64,000 bases of DNA from Smithella sp. (GTDB lineage Bacteria > Desulfobacterota > Syntrophia > Syntrophales > Smithellaceae), in contig JAGOMJ010000002.1 of assembly GCA_017993615.1 (NCBI GenBank), positions 13,508 to 77,507 of the forward strand, in the 5' to 3' direction. How positions within the stretch are numbered: position 1 is the first letter of the stretch; every line of letters begins with the position of its first letter. A model generated the notes under the pieces. The model saw only the letters and a list, made by a program, of their open reading frames with translations, was not told the DNA's origin and searched no databases. The position numbers were made by a program, and so were the translations under genes. Below are positions 10,575 through 19,462 of the stretch, one piece after another.

Positions 10575-11343
10575 GAACTTTTGCTGCCACCTTTGTTACA
10601 AATTCTGTTGATTCTTTTTTACCGCGCGTCCGGATAACCGCACGAATATCTTTCAATGCTTTTTCATAGATGTTCAGCATTTTAATGGTTTGAGAATTTC
10701 CCCGGATAATATCCAGATAGAGTTCGGGACTTTCCGTAAATACTTTTCGGATAATTTCCATTTTGATGCGAAAAATCGGCGTGGAAAATTTGTCGATGTC
10801 CGCAAAAGCCATTCCCGTCCTGGCAATAGCCAGCCCCAATACCATGGTATCGAGATGGTTGAGCGCCTGAACAACGGCCATCATGCGGTCATGTTTTTCG
10901 GGCGTTGATTCCCGGACGGCCATCTTGCTTCTTTTAAAAACGCCTTTCAGCCAGCCGAGCCATTTTTTTCCGCGCGCCGGACACAGGATTACGTTTTGTC
11001 CGGATACGTCTTTTAACTGCGGACCGAAAAGCGGATGACAGCCGATGACTTCCGCCTGCGACGTTTTCAGCATCCGCGTCACCGGTTCTTTTTTCAGCGA
11101 TGTCAAATCCATCAGAAGCTGATCCTTTGTCAGTTGCGGGCCGACCTGTCCGATGACTTCAGGCGTGGCGGAAATGGGCACAGCGACAACAACCACATCG
11201 CAGAGCCCGGCTAAATCGTTTATGTGCAACCGGGTTTTTCTGCCGCAGACATAAACCCGGCAGCCTTCTTTTTTCAGCAGGTCGGCAAACCACTTTCCCA
11301 TGCCGTTGGTGCCGCCGATAATGCCCACGTTAATTTTTTTCAT
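10558..11343 (-). CDS. tyrA: prephenate dehydrogenase
   Basis: IIGGTNGMGKW nucleotide fold, CHPLFGP, HDRMMAVVQALNH. Start trimmed to ATG 11343 (MKKINVGIIG), which forms an ATGA overlap with the aroC stop. Confidence 0.8.
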   Translation of the reverse strand: MKKINVGIIGGTNGMGKWFADLLKKEGCRVYVCGRKTRLHINDLAGLCDVVVVAVPISATPEVIGQVGPQLTKDQLLMDLTSLKKEPVTRMLKTSQAEVIGCHPLFGPQLKDVSGQNVILCPARGKKWLGWLKGVFKRSKMAVRESTPEKHDRMMAVVQALNHLDTMVLGLAIARTGMAFADIDKFSTPIFRIKMEIIRKVFTESPELYLDIIRGNSQTIKMLNIYEKALKDIRAVIRTRGKKESTEFVTKVAAKVHGRKN

Positions 11344-12416
11344 GATTGGATCGCTCTCTGTCTGAGGAAGTGATCGGCCACGACAATATTCACCATGGCT
11401 TCGCACACCGGCACAATACGGGGAAGAACGCAGATATCGTGCCTTCCCTGAATTTCAATGAACCGGGGTTTGCCTTTGCTGTCAATGGTGCGCTGCGGTT
11501 TCGCAATGGACGGAATAGGTTTACAATAAGCCCGCAGGACGATATGTTCTCCGTTCGTGATGCCCGCAAGAATTCCTCCCGCATGATTGGTTTTAAATCC
11601 TCCGGGCATTATTTCATCGTTGGTTTGAGAGCCCTGCAAACCGGCCATGGAGAATCCGTCACCCACTTCGACCGCTTTCACCGATCCGATGCTCATCAGG
11701 GCCTTGGCCAGATCGGCATCCATTTTGTCGAAAACCGGTTCGCCCAGCCCTCCGGGACAACCGCGGACGATAATTTCCACTATCCCGCCCAGGGAATCTC
11801 CTTTTTTACGGACGGCCGTAATTTTTCTTTCCATCCTGGCTGCCGCCTGTAGATCCGGACAAAAAAGAGCGTTTTCCTGCACGGCCGTTCTCAGCTTTTT
11901 TTCTGCGGCCATTCTGCCGCGGTCAATCGCGATGGAACCGATTGCCTTGGTATAGGCGATGACGTCGATACCGACCCGATCAAGTATCTTTGCTGCAATT
12001 GCTCCGGCGGCAACACGGGCGGCTGTTTCTCTGCCGGAAGCCCGTCCGCCGCCTCGCCAGTCGCGGATTCCGTATTTTTGCAAATAGGTAAAATCCCCCT
12101 GGCCGGGGCGGAAAACATTCTTCAATGCATCATAGGAAGAAGATTGCGCGTCAGCATTCCTGATGATGAGGGAGATCGGCGTACCGATCGTTTTACCCTC
12201 AAAAACGCCGGAGAGGATTTCCACGAGATCCCCCTCTTTTCGTGTAGTAGAGGCTACGGAGGCGGAAGGCTTTCGTCTGTCGAGAGCCTGCTGAATATCG
12301 GATTCCGTCAAGGGAATTCCCGGAAGACAGCCGTCCACGACGGCTCCCAGAGCCCTGCCGTGTGATTCTCCCCAGGTTGTGACGCGAAAAACGCTGCCTG
12401 TCGTATTGCCGGACAT
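11340..12416 (-). CDS. aroC: chorismate synthase
   Basis: 358 aa with the classic N-terminus GSVFRVTTWGESHG. Confidence 0.9.
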   Translation of the reverse strand: MSGNTTGSVFRVTTWGESHGRALGAVVDGCLPGIPLTESDIQQALDRRKPSASVASTTRKEGDLVEILSGVFEGKTIGTPISLIIRNADAQSSSYDALKNVFRPGQGDFTYLQKYGIRDWRGGGRASGRETAARVAAGAIAAKILDRVGIDVIAYTKAIGSIAIDRGRMAAEKKLRTAVQENALFCPDLQAAARMERKITAVRKKGDSLGGIVEIIVRGCPGGLGEPVFDKMDADLAKALMSIGSVKAVEVGDGFSMAGLQGSQTNDEIMPGGFKTNHAGGILAGITNGEHIVLRAYCKPIPSIAKPQRTIDSKGKPRFIEIQGRHDICVLPRIVPVCEAMVNIVVADHFLRQRAIQS

Positions 12417-12427
12417 TTTTTTCCTTT

Positions 12428-13000
12428 TTATTTTTTAATGACGGTTATTTTAGCCAAATTTCCCGATTTAAGCAAATACTGATAGATTTCTTCCGTAATC
12501 TGCTCGGGGGTTTTGCTCAGCGTATCCACAACATAATCCGCGGATCGCTCATACAGGGGAAATCTTTTTCTCATGGTGTCGATCGTCTCCTGAACAATGT
12601 TGCCGGATGTAAGCGGCGGACGCGTTGCTTCGTTTTGCGCATCCTGTTTTAACCGTTCCACAATGTCGCGCAGCGGAGCGTTGAGCCAGACCATGACACT
12701 GGCCTGTTTCAGCAGATCAACGTTCTGTTTCAATAGATCAACATTTTCTCTGAAGAGAACCACGCCGCCTCCGGTTGCAATAACACAATCTTCTTTCTTG
12801 ACAAGCGATTTGATGATGTCTCTTTCTTTTGACCGGAAATACTCCCATCCGTGAAGAGCGACGATTTCCTTAACCGGCATATCCATGCTTTCTTCGATCA
12901 TGGCATCGGTATCCCGGAAATCAACATTAAGCCGGGCAGCCAGCATCTTGCCGACGGTGGACTTGCCGGTCGCCCTGTAACCGATTAAAACAACCTTCAT
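12428..13000 (-). CDS. aroK: shikimate kinase
   Basis: Walker A GYRATGKST, GGGVV shikimate-binding motif, 190 aa. Confidence 0.85.
   Translation of the reverse strand: MKVVLIGYRATGKSTVGKMLAARLNVDFRDTDAMIEESMDMPVKEIVALHGWEYFRSKERDIIKSLVKKEDCVIATGGGVVLFRENVDLLKQNVDLLKQASVMVWLNAPLRDIVERLKQDAQNEATRPPLTSGNIVQETIDTMRKRFPLYERSADYVVDTLSKTPEQITEEIYQYLLKSGNLAKITVIKK
12704..12745 (-). repeat. in-frame 21-bp tandem duplication inside aroK (NVDLLKQ x2)
   Basis: ctgtttcagcagatcaacgtt / ctgtttcaatagatcaacatt. The 3 differences are all synonymous on the coding strand. Confidence 0.9.
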
Positions 13001-14253
13001 AAACGACGCAGCTCCTCCCAGAACGAGGGGAATGATTTATCAACGCACTTTTTATCGCGGATGTCAATCCCGGGAACAACAAGACCGGCTATCGCAAAGC
13101 TCATGGCCATGCGATGATCGTTATAGGTTTCGATTTTTGCCGGCCGCATGCGTCCGCCCTTTATGACAAGGCCGTCCGGAATTTCGCGGGCATCAATACC
13201 GGCCCGCCTAAGCTCGGTTGCGACAGCCGCCAGGCGATTGCTCTCTTTGATTCTCAGATGCGCGACATTGTTGATAACGGTCTGTCCCTCGCGAAAGGCG
13301 GACAAGACCGCCAGGGTCGGAACCATGTCCGGCATATCGCCGAAGTCGAAGACCCTATCGCCTTTCAACAGTGTTCCCCCGGTGACATCCACTCCGTTTG
13401 TGGTCGACCGGAACCGGCAGCCCAGTTTTTCCAGAACATCCAGCAGCCGGATGTCTCCCTGCCTGCTTTCCCGGCTGATTCCCTCAACCCGGATTGTTGT
13501 CTTGAGCAGGGCCGCCGCCAGAAAAAAATACGACGCGCTCGACGCATCTCCTTCGACAACATATCTGCGTCCCCGATAAGGCTCTCCGGCATTGACACGA
13601 TAGGCAAATCGCTCCGGTTTGCTGATGGTCACGCCAAAATCCTCCATAACAGCAATCGTCAGGTCAATATAGGGAGCTGAAACAACGCCGCCTTCCAGGC
13701 TCAGCTCTATTCCCCGGTCTGTATAGGGGGCGCATAAAAGAAGCGCTGACACGTATTGAGAACTTTCTATGTCACGCAGTGTTATTTTTCCCCCGGCGAG
13801 ACCGCCGGCATTGATCGTGACCGGCGGGCAATGATGATGTGTCCGAATATCGACGCCCATGTCCCTCAGGGCATCCCCGAGCGCACCCACCGGTCTTTCG
13901 CAGAGCCTTTTTTCGCCGGTCAGAACATATTGGCCTTTTCCGAGACAGACCAGGGCCGTCAGGAACCTCAGGGCAGTGCCGTTGTTGCCCAGAAACAGGT
14001 CCCTGCCGCTGTTTTCAATTTTGCCGGCCGTGCCGGTCACCTGAAAACCATCCGGCGCGTCGACAATTTTTGCGCCCAGTTCCCGCAACGCACCGATCAT
14101 GTAAAGGGTATCCTCAGAAACAAGCAGATTGCTGATCATGGAATCCCCCTGCGCCAGCGTTGCCGCAACCAGCGCCCGCTGGCTCAAGCTTTTTGATCCC
14201 GGAACGCGGACCGTCACAGCCGGGTCCGGGCAACGGATAGGATTATCGTCCAC
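12997..14253 (-). CDS. aroA: 3-phosphoshikimate 1-carboxyvinyltransferase (EPSP synthase)
   Basis: 418 aa with PGSKSLSQRAL and LGNNGTALRFL motifs. 4-nt overlap with aroK. Confidence 0.9.
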   Translation of the reverse strand: MDDNPIRCPDPAVTVRVPGSKSLSQRALVAATLAQGDSMISNLLVSEDTLYMIGALRELGAKIVDAPDGFQVTGTAGKIENSGRDLFLGNNGTALRFLTALVCLGKGQYVLTGEKRLCERPVGALGDALRDMGVDIRTHHHCPPVTINAGGLAGGKITLRDIESSQYVSALLLCAPYTDRGIELSLEGGVVSAPYIDLTIAVMEDFGVTISKPERFAYRVNAGEPYRGRRYVVEGDASSASYFFLAAALLKTTIRVEGISRESRQGDIRLLDVLEKLGCRFRSTTNGVDVTGGTLLKGDRVFDFGDMPDMVPTLAVLSAFREGQTVINNVAHLRIKESNRLAAVATELRRAGIDAREIPDGLVIKGGRMRPAKIETYNDHRMAMSFAIAGLVVPGIDIRDKKCVDKSFPSFWEELRRL

Positions 14254-15817
14254 CTTTGCTCAGCCTTTCCAGAATGATTTTTTTCATAACCGCATGCGGC
14301 GGTTCCTTGCCGGTCCATAACCGGAATTGCTCAGCGCCTTGATTAACAAACATTTCCACACCCGTTACAATGCGGCAACCCTGCTTTTCGGCATCCCTCA
14401 GCAATTTTGTTTTAATCGGATTATAGATCACATCCATGACGCAGTCGTAATCCGACAATACGGCGGCGCTGACCGGCGATTGATTTCCCCGGGGATACAT
14501 TCCCACGGGCGTTGTGTTGATCAGTACATCCCCCCTGATGCGGCCGATCTCGGAAAGCGGATAAAAAGCACACTGCATTTTTTCGGCAAGCATTTTCCCT
14601 TTTTTGGGGGTACGATTCACAATAACCGGACATCCACCCTCTTTCAGGATGCCGTAAGCCGCCGCCCGAGCGGTTCCGCCTGCGCCGACGATTACAATGG
14701 TTTTATGTCTGATCGTCATTGCCTTTTTAAGCGTCAAAATCAATCCGGCCCAATCCGTGTTATGTCCGATCAGACGGCCGTTTTCATTGACAATCGTATT
14801 CACCGCTCCGATCTCCAACGCATCCGCATCAATATCATCCAAATATTCCATCACGGCAACCTTGAAAGGAATGGTCACACTGGCGCCGTGAATATTCATC
14901 GCTCTCAACCCGTCCATTGCACCGCCGATATCCTGAACGCAAAAAGCGACATATTGTTCCGCAAGACCTGTTTTTTTCAGGGCTGCATCATGCATCACGG
15001 GAGACAGGCTCTGCTCGACCGGATTGCCCAGTAAAACGTAATGGCGGGGTAAAGACGCATGCGGAGATGACGCTGAGGACTGAGGGGCTCTGTTCTTGCC
15101 TTTAAACCATTTTTGAATCCGGTTCATCTCGTGAACGGTAAACTGGCCGGGGGCCGAGCGCCCGGTTCGGTCCAGTGCAGCAAAGCTCAGAAAGTTACCC
15201 ATCAGAGGCGCCACCGCGCGGCTGATGCCGCCTTTCTCGCCCATGCACAGCGAAATGATTTTTTGAGATTTCCTGCGCGCATAGGCAATAAGATTTAATA
15301 TGATAAGATTATCCTCTTCGGATCTCGCCGTTGTCACAATTTTCACAACTGCCGGCTTATACGCGGCACACCGATGAAATATTTTTTTCAATGTTGCAAG
15401 ATCCGGGGTGTCTTTCAGATGATGATAGGAAATTATCATCTTGGTTTGCGAACCTTTTTCCGCACACAACGCTTGCAGTTGCCGGATAGCCTGTGTTCCT
15501 TCGGCCAGCTCAATGTCAATATAATCCGCACCCCGTTCGACGGCCTCCTTCAGCAGCGCTATTTTATACCTCGTTTTGCTGCAGGCGTTTCGACGCCGCG
15601 GCCATCTTCCGACAAAAGCCGCCTCTTCTTTTTTCCGGCTGGTGACAATAATCTTTACTGCAGCAGACTCGGCACGAACGGCTGAAATCAATTCGGCAAG
15701 GCCGATATTGCCGATCAGATCCATTCTCAGTTCCAGAAAGTCGGCCAGCTGGCAGCTTCGTTCTATGGCATGCAAAGCCTCTTTGGGGTTGTCGGAGGTA
15801 ATGGGAATACAAATCAT
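14243..15817 (-). CDS. aroDE: fused type I 3-dehydroquinate dehydratase / shikimate 5-dehydrogenase
   Basis: The N-terminal half (MICIPIT..LELRMDL) is AroD type I. The C-terminal half (LLGNPVEQSLSPVMHD, VGAGGTARA) is AroE. Start trimmed to ATG 15817 (ATGA overlap with the pheA stop). Confidence 0.8.
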   Translation of the reverse strand: MICIPITSDNPKEALHAIERSCQLADFLELRMDLIGNIGLAELISAVRAESAAVKIIVTSRKKEEAAFVGRWPRRRNACSKTRYKIALLKEAVERGADYIDIELAEGTQAIRQLQALCAEKGSQTKMIISYHHLKDTPDLATLKKIFHRCAAYKPAVVKIVTTARSEEDNLIILNLIAYARRKSQKIISLCMGEKGGISRAVAPLMGNFLSFAALDRTGRSAPGQFTVHEMNRIQKWFKGKNRAPQSSASSPHASLPRHYVLLGNPVEQSLSPVMHDAALKKTGLAEQYVAFCVQDIGGAMDGLRAMNIHGASVTIPFKVAVMEYLDDIDADALEIGAVNTIVNENGRLIGHNTDWAGLILTLKKAMTIRHKTIVIVGAGGTARAAAYGILKEGGCPVIVNRTPKKGKMLAEKMQCAFYPLSEIGRIRGDVLINTTPVGMYPRGNQSPVSAAVLSDYDCVMDVIYNPIKTKLLRDAEKQGCRIVTGVEMFVNQGAEQFRLWTGKEPPHAVMKKIILERLSKGGR

Positions 15818-16896
15818 AGCGCATCCTCGCTTTTGGGATAGGACCCCAGAATCTTCATAAAAGACGTTTTGTTCTGCAGCTCTCGAAGACAACCCTGCAC
15901 ACGCCTGTCATCTGCATGGCCGATCATATCCACAAAGAAACTGTACTCCCATAATTTATCCTTCACGGGATGCGATTCAATCTTCGCCAGATTGATTTTC
16001 CGACGGGCAAAGGCGGACAGCGCGGCATGCAGCGCCCCCGGAGAATGCGGTGTGGCAAAAATCAGGGATGTTTTATCATTGCCGGTCGGATCGTTCGCAC
16101 CCTGACCGATTACGAGAAAACGCGTCATGTTGGAGGGATTATCCTCGATGCCTTCGGCCAGTAGATTCACGCCGTATATCTTTGCGGCAAGCGAACTCCC
16201 GATAGCGGCTTCATGCTTCTTTCCCCGGATCATCTGTACAGCGGCTGCCGTGCTTTCCGTTTCGCATACCACGCAGTTGGGAAGATTTGTTCTAACCCAC
16301 ACCTGGCACTGGGCCAACGCCTGCGGATGTGAATAAATTCTTTTGACCTCTTTCATGTTTTTGGCCGACGACATAAGACACTGACGGATTCGCAGATATA
16401 TCTCCGCCCTGATTTTCATCGGCGTTATCATCAGCCTGTCCAGGGTCACGTTGACCGATCCTTCCAGCGAATTTTCCACGGGCACGACACCCCAGTCAAT
16501 GGCACCCTTTTCCACCTCGTCAAAAACGCGGAATATTCCCGTCTGTGGAAAGAAGAGACTCGATTCACCGAAATGCAGGCGCGACGCCAGATGGGAAAAG
16601 GACGCCTCGGGTCCCAGAAAGGCAATCGTCATCGGCTTCTGCAAATCACGCGAGGCCGATATAATTTCCCTGAAAATCGCCGACACCGCCCCGGACGCAA
16701 GCGGTCCGGCATTGAGGTCCCGTAAATATCCGTGGACCTTCGCCTCCTGGGCCGGATCGTACACCTGCATCCCCCCCTGCCCCTTCATTTTGCCGATCTG
16801 AACGGATATCTGCGCCCGCTCGTTCAAAAGTCGGACAATCTCCTTATCCTTGTCTTTTATTTTTTTTCGCAAGTTTTCCAGCAGGTGCGGTTTCAT
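15814..16896 (-). CDS. pheA: chorismate mutase / prephenate dehydratase (P-protein)
   Basis: N-terminal chorismate mutase helix bundle (LRKKIKDKDKEIVRLLNERAQIS), PDT domain (IAFLGPEASFSH, TRFLVIG) and a C-terminal ACT-like region. Confidence 0.85.
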   Translation of the reverse strand: MKPHLLENLRKKIKDKDKEIVRLLNERAQISVQIGKMKGQGGMQVYDPAQEAKVHGYLRDLNAGPLASGAVSAIFREIISASRDLQKPMTIAFLGPEASFSHLASRLHFGESSLFFPQTGIFRVFDEVEKGAIDWGVVPVENSLEGSVNVTLDRLMITPMKIRAEIYLRIRQCLMSSAKNMKEVKRIYSHPQALAQCQVWVRTNLPNCVVCETESTAAAVQMIRGKKHEAAIGSSLAAKIYGVNLLAEGIEDNPSNMTRFLVIGQGANDPTGNDKTSLIFATPHSPGALHAALSAFARRKINLAKIESHPVKDKLWEYSFFVDMIGHADDRRVQGCLRELQNKTSFMKILGSYPKSEDAL

Positions 16897-17987
16897 GATT
16901 TCATATCCTCGATCACGTCGGCAATCATTTTCTGCTCGATATTGCCATGAATAAAGGGCAACCCTATTTTTTTCAGCAGCACAAAATGAATCGCGGCTCC
17001 TTTTCTCTTTTTATCCATCTTCAATTGTGCCACAATTTTTCCGCCGGACAGCGTTTTCGGTATTCTCGTGGGAAGGCCCGCCTGATCAATGAGGGTTTCG
17101 ATACGGCCGGCCTCGTTGTTTTTCAGATAACCCATCCTGGCGGAAAGTCGCGCGGCCGCCACCATCCCAATCGCCACGCCTTCTCCATGGGTAATCGCAT
17201 ACCCGGAAACGGCTTCCAGCGAATGACCGATCGTATGGCCGAAATTTAAAATACGACGCACGCCCCCTTCTTTTTCATCAATTTCCACAATTGATTTTTT
17301 GATCTGACAACATTTTTCGACGACACCGAGCAGTATTTTGGGGTCCTTGGATTTGACCGCCGTCATGATGTCTTCCAGGCTGGCGAACATTTTTTCATCA
17401 TCAATCACCCCGTATTTTATAATTTCCGCCAGCCCGTTGTTGAATTCTTTTGGAGGCAGCGTATTGAGAAAATGCAGGCTCGTCATGACCGCCTGCGGCT
17501 GATAAAAAGTCCCCGCCAGATTTTTTCCGCAAGGAAGGTCCACGCCGGTTTTACCGCCTATACTGCTGTCCACCTGCGCAACCAGCGTTGTCGGAATCTG
17601 GATATACGGTACGCAACGCATATAGATCGAGGCAACGAAACCGGCAATATCTCCGACAACGCCGCCGCCCAGAGCAATCAGACATGTCTCCCGGTCAGCG
17701 CCGGAGACCGCTAATGTTTCGGCAATGTCAACAACCGTTTTGATGGTTTTTGAGGACTCTCCCGCAGGAAAATCAATCAACGACGCGTTGAGGCCGATCT
17801 CTTTTAGCGCCGTCAGAAATTTTTTACCGTAAAGTTCCCCGACAATATTGTCCGTAATGACCGCATAACGTGCCGCCTTATGGTTTTTGGCGATCAGCAG
17901 CGACAGACGATCCGATATGTCTTTTCCGATACGGATTTCGTAAGAGGAGGATGATTTTCTGTCCAGGTTAACTTTTATCGATCTCAT
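16893..17987 (-). CDS. aroB: 3-dehydroquinate synthase
   Basis: 364 aa with LGGGVVGDIAGF and FGHTIGHSLE. Confidence 0.9.
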   Translation of the reverse strand: MRSIKVNLDRKSSSSYEIRIGKDISDRLSLLIAKNHKAARYAVITDNIVGELYGKKFLTALKEIGLNASLIDFPAGESSKTIKTVVDIAETLAVSGADRETCLIALGGGVVGDIAGFVASIYMRCVPYIQIPTTLVAQVDSSIGGKTGVDLPCGKNLAGTFYQPQAVMTSLHFLNTLPPKEFNNGLAEIIKYGVIDDEKMFASLEDIMTAVKSKDPKILLGVVEKCCQIKKSIVEIDEKEGGVRRILNFGHTIGHSLEAVSGYAITHGEGVAIGMVAAARLSARMGYLKNNEAGRIETLIDQAGLPTRIPKTLSGGKIVAQLKMDKKRKGAAIHFVLLKKIGLPFIHGNIEQKMIADVIEDMKS

Positions 17988-18017
17988 GATGTCTTCCCTT
18001 CACTATAAAATGTTCTT

Positions 18018-19028
18018 CTAGTGTTTCATGATTGCGGTAATGGCCCGTATTTCGTCCATCATCTGATAGAACTTTTCCGGTTTAAGTGACTGAGCGCCGT
18101 CGGAAACTGCTTTCTCGGGCTCCGGATGAACTTCAACGATAATGCCGTCCGCACCCACAGCAACCGCTGCCCGCGACAGGGGAATGACGTATTTCCAGTT
18201 CCCGGCGGCATGACTGGGGTCGATGATGACCGGCAGATGGGTTAATCCTTTCAAAACAGGTATGGCACTGATATCCAGCGTATTTCTCGTGGCCGTTTCA
18301 AACGTCCGGATACCGCGTTCACACAGAATCACATTGGGATTGCCTTCGGAGAGTATGTATTCCGCCGACATCAGCAACTCTTCAATCGTGGTCATCATAC
18401 CCCGCTTCAACAGCACCGGTTTTCGCGAATGACCGACTTTTTTTAACAGGGCGAAATTCTGCACATTGCGGGCGCCGATCTGCAGCATATCGGCGTAAGA
18501 TTCCACCAGATCGACATCCGCCGGATTGACGACCTCTGTCACCGTCGGCAAACCGGCCTGAGTGCCGACCTTGTTCAAGACCTTCAGGCCCTCTTCCTCC
18601 ATCCCCTGAAAGCTGTAAGGCGACGTGCGAGGCTTATAGGCACCGCCTCTCAGAATCTGCGCACCGCCTTTTTTGACGACATAGGCCGACTCCAGCAACT
18701 GTTCTTCACTTTCAATCGCGCAGGGTCCGGCCATGACCACAAATTCCGGGCCACCGACGGTCACCTCTCCTACCGTCACCTCCGTATTACCATCATGCGA
18801 TTCCCGACTGGCCAGTTTGTAGGGTTTCAAAATGGGCATGGTCTTTTCCACACCAGGCAGGGATTCCGCAAATTTCAGAATATCCTTACCCCGATTGTCA
18901 CCCACCGCTCCGATGATCGCCCTTTCCACCCCGATGGAAGGATGGGCCTTGTATCCGACGGATTCAATCCAGTGAATCACATCTTCAATCTGTTTTTCGG
19001 TCGCATGACTTTTCATGACGATAATCAT
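18018..19028 (-). CDS. aroF: 3-deoxy-7-phosphoheptulonate (DAHP) synthase, type I-beta, with an N-terminal ferredoxin-like regulatory domain
   Basis: 336 aa. An ~70-aa N-terminal extension (MIIVMKSHATEKQIEDVIHWIES) resembles the Thermotoga-type enzymes. Core motifs are GPCAIESEEQ, KPRTSPYSFQG and IIDPSH. RBS AAAGGAGG. Confidence 0.85.
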   Translation of the reverse strand: MIIVMKSHATEKQIEDVIHWIESVGYKAHPSIGVERAIIGAVGDNRGKDILKFAESLPGVEKTMPILKPYKLASRESHDGNTEVTVGEVTVGGPEFVVMAGPCAIESEEQLLESAYVVKKGGAQILRGGAYKPRTSPYSFQGMEEEGLKVLNKVGTQAGLPTVTEVVNPADVDLVESYADMLQIGARNVQNFALLKKVGHSRKPVLLKRGMMTTIEELLMSAEYILSEGNPNVILCERGIRTFETATRNTLDISAIPVLKGLTHLPVIIDPSHAAGNWKYVIPLSRAAVAVGADGIIVEVHPEPEKAVSDGAQSLKPEKFYQMMDEIRAITAIMKH

Positions 19029-19048
19029 ATTGCCTCCTTTGAAATTAA

Positions 19049-19117
19049 AAAGCCAGGGGTCTGCACGCCCTGGCTTTCTAAAAAAAAAGCCATGAGCGCT
19101 TTCGATCCGCCCATGGC
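19049..19117 (-). promoter_or_regulatory. two tandem terminator-like hairpins in the aroF 5' leader (putative attenuator)
   Basis: On the minus strand: GCCATGGGCG-gatcgaaag-CGCTCATGGC followed by T9 (19117-19080), then AAAGCCAGGG-cgtgcagac-CCCTGGCTTT followed by TTAATTT (19077-19041). They end about 10 nt before the aroF RBS. Confidence 0.6.
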
Positions 19118-19136
19118 TGTTTTGGTTTACTGAACC

Positions 19137-19232
19137 TTAACGAGTCCTCCTCAGCGACGGGCAGACCGATATAAAATAGGTATAAAACCAGTAACCGCAA
19201 ACATTCATATTTACATTCTGTTTTCTGTCCAT
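19137..19232 (-). CDS. putative aro-operon leader peptide (31 aa, too short for the ORF track)
   Basis: Own translation: MDRKQNVNMNVCGYWFYTYFISVCPSLRRTR. AGGA lies 8 nt upstream of the ATG. Six aromatic codons (Y W F Y . Y F) fall in 7 positions. The ORF sits between a sigma70-like promoter and the hairpins. Confidence 0.5.
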   Translation of the reverse strand: MDRKQNVNMNVCGYWFYTYFISVCPSLRRTR

Positions 19233-19260
19233 CGTGAGATTCCTGTCTTTGTTTGTACGC

Positions 19261-19289
19261 TTTCTAATGAACCTGACACTATTTGTCAA
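19261..19289 (-). promoter_or_regulatory. sigma70-like promoter for the aro leader/operon
   Basis: Minus strand reads TTGACA - 17 nt - TAGAAA. The leader ATG starts 29 nt downstream of the -10 element. Confidence 0.45.
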
Positions 19290-19404
19290 GCCTTTTTTTA
19301 TTGCATGATCGTCGTGATGAAAAAAGGGAGGGGCGTCTTACTGCGGCAGGCCATCCTTCCGATCAGGTTTCAAGCCTGCATTGTCATGAAGAAGAAATAT
19401 AAAG

Positions 19405-19432
19405 GAGCCCCGAAAAGTGATCCCCGGGGCTC
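19405..19432 (-). terminator. intrinsic terminator after ompA
   Basis: GAGCCCCG-12 nt loop-CGGGGCTC followed by CTTTATATTTCTTC on the minus strand, 30 nt after the ompA stop. Confidence 0.5.
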
Positions 19433-19462
19433 TTTTATGTTGAAACGATTTATAATCCTTCT

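Noticed and set aside
10558-11406. The N-terminal extensions given by the ORF track for tyrA, aroDE, thiM, cydA, both cluster hotdog genes, the 24124 thioesterase, MoxR-2 and SagB.
   Set aside because: In each case an internal ATG or GTG has an RBS, or an ATGA-type overlap with the upstream stop, and it reproduces the usual family N-terminus. The extensions overlap neighbouring genes or promoters.
19290-19462. 55-codon plus-strand ORF (MIVVMKKGRGVLL...) between the aro promoter and ompA.
   Set aside because: It runs through the ompA terminator hairpin into the ompA 3' end, it has no RBS, and nothing is co-oriented around it.
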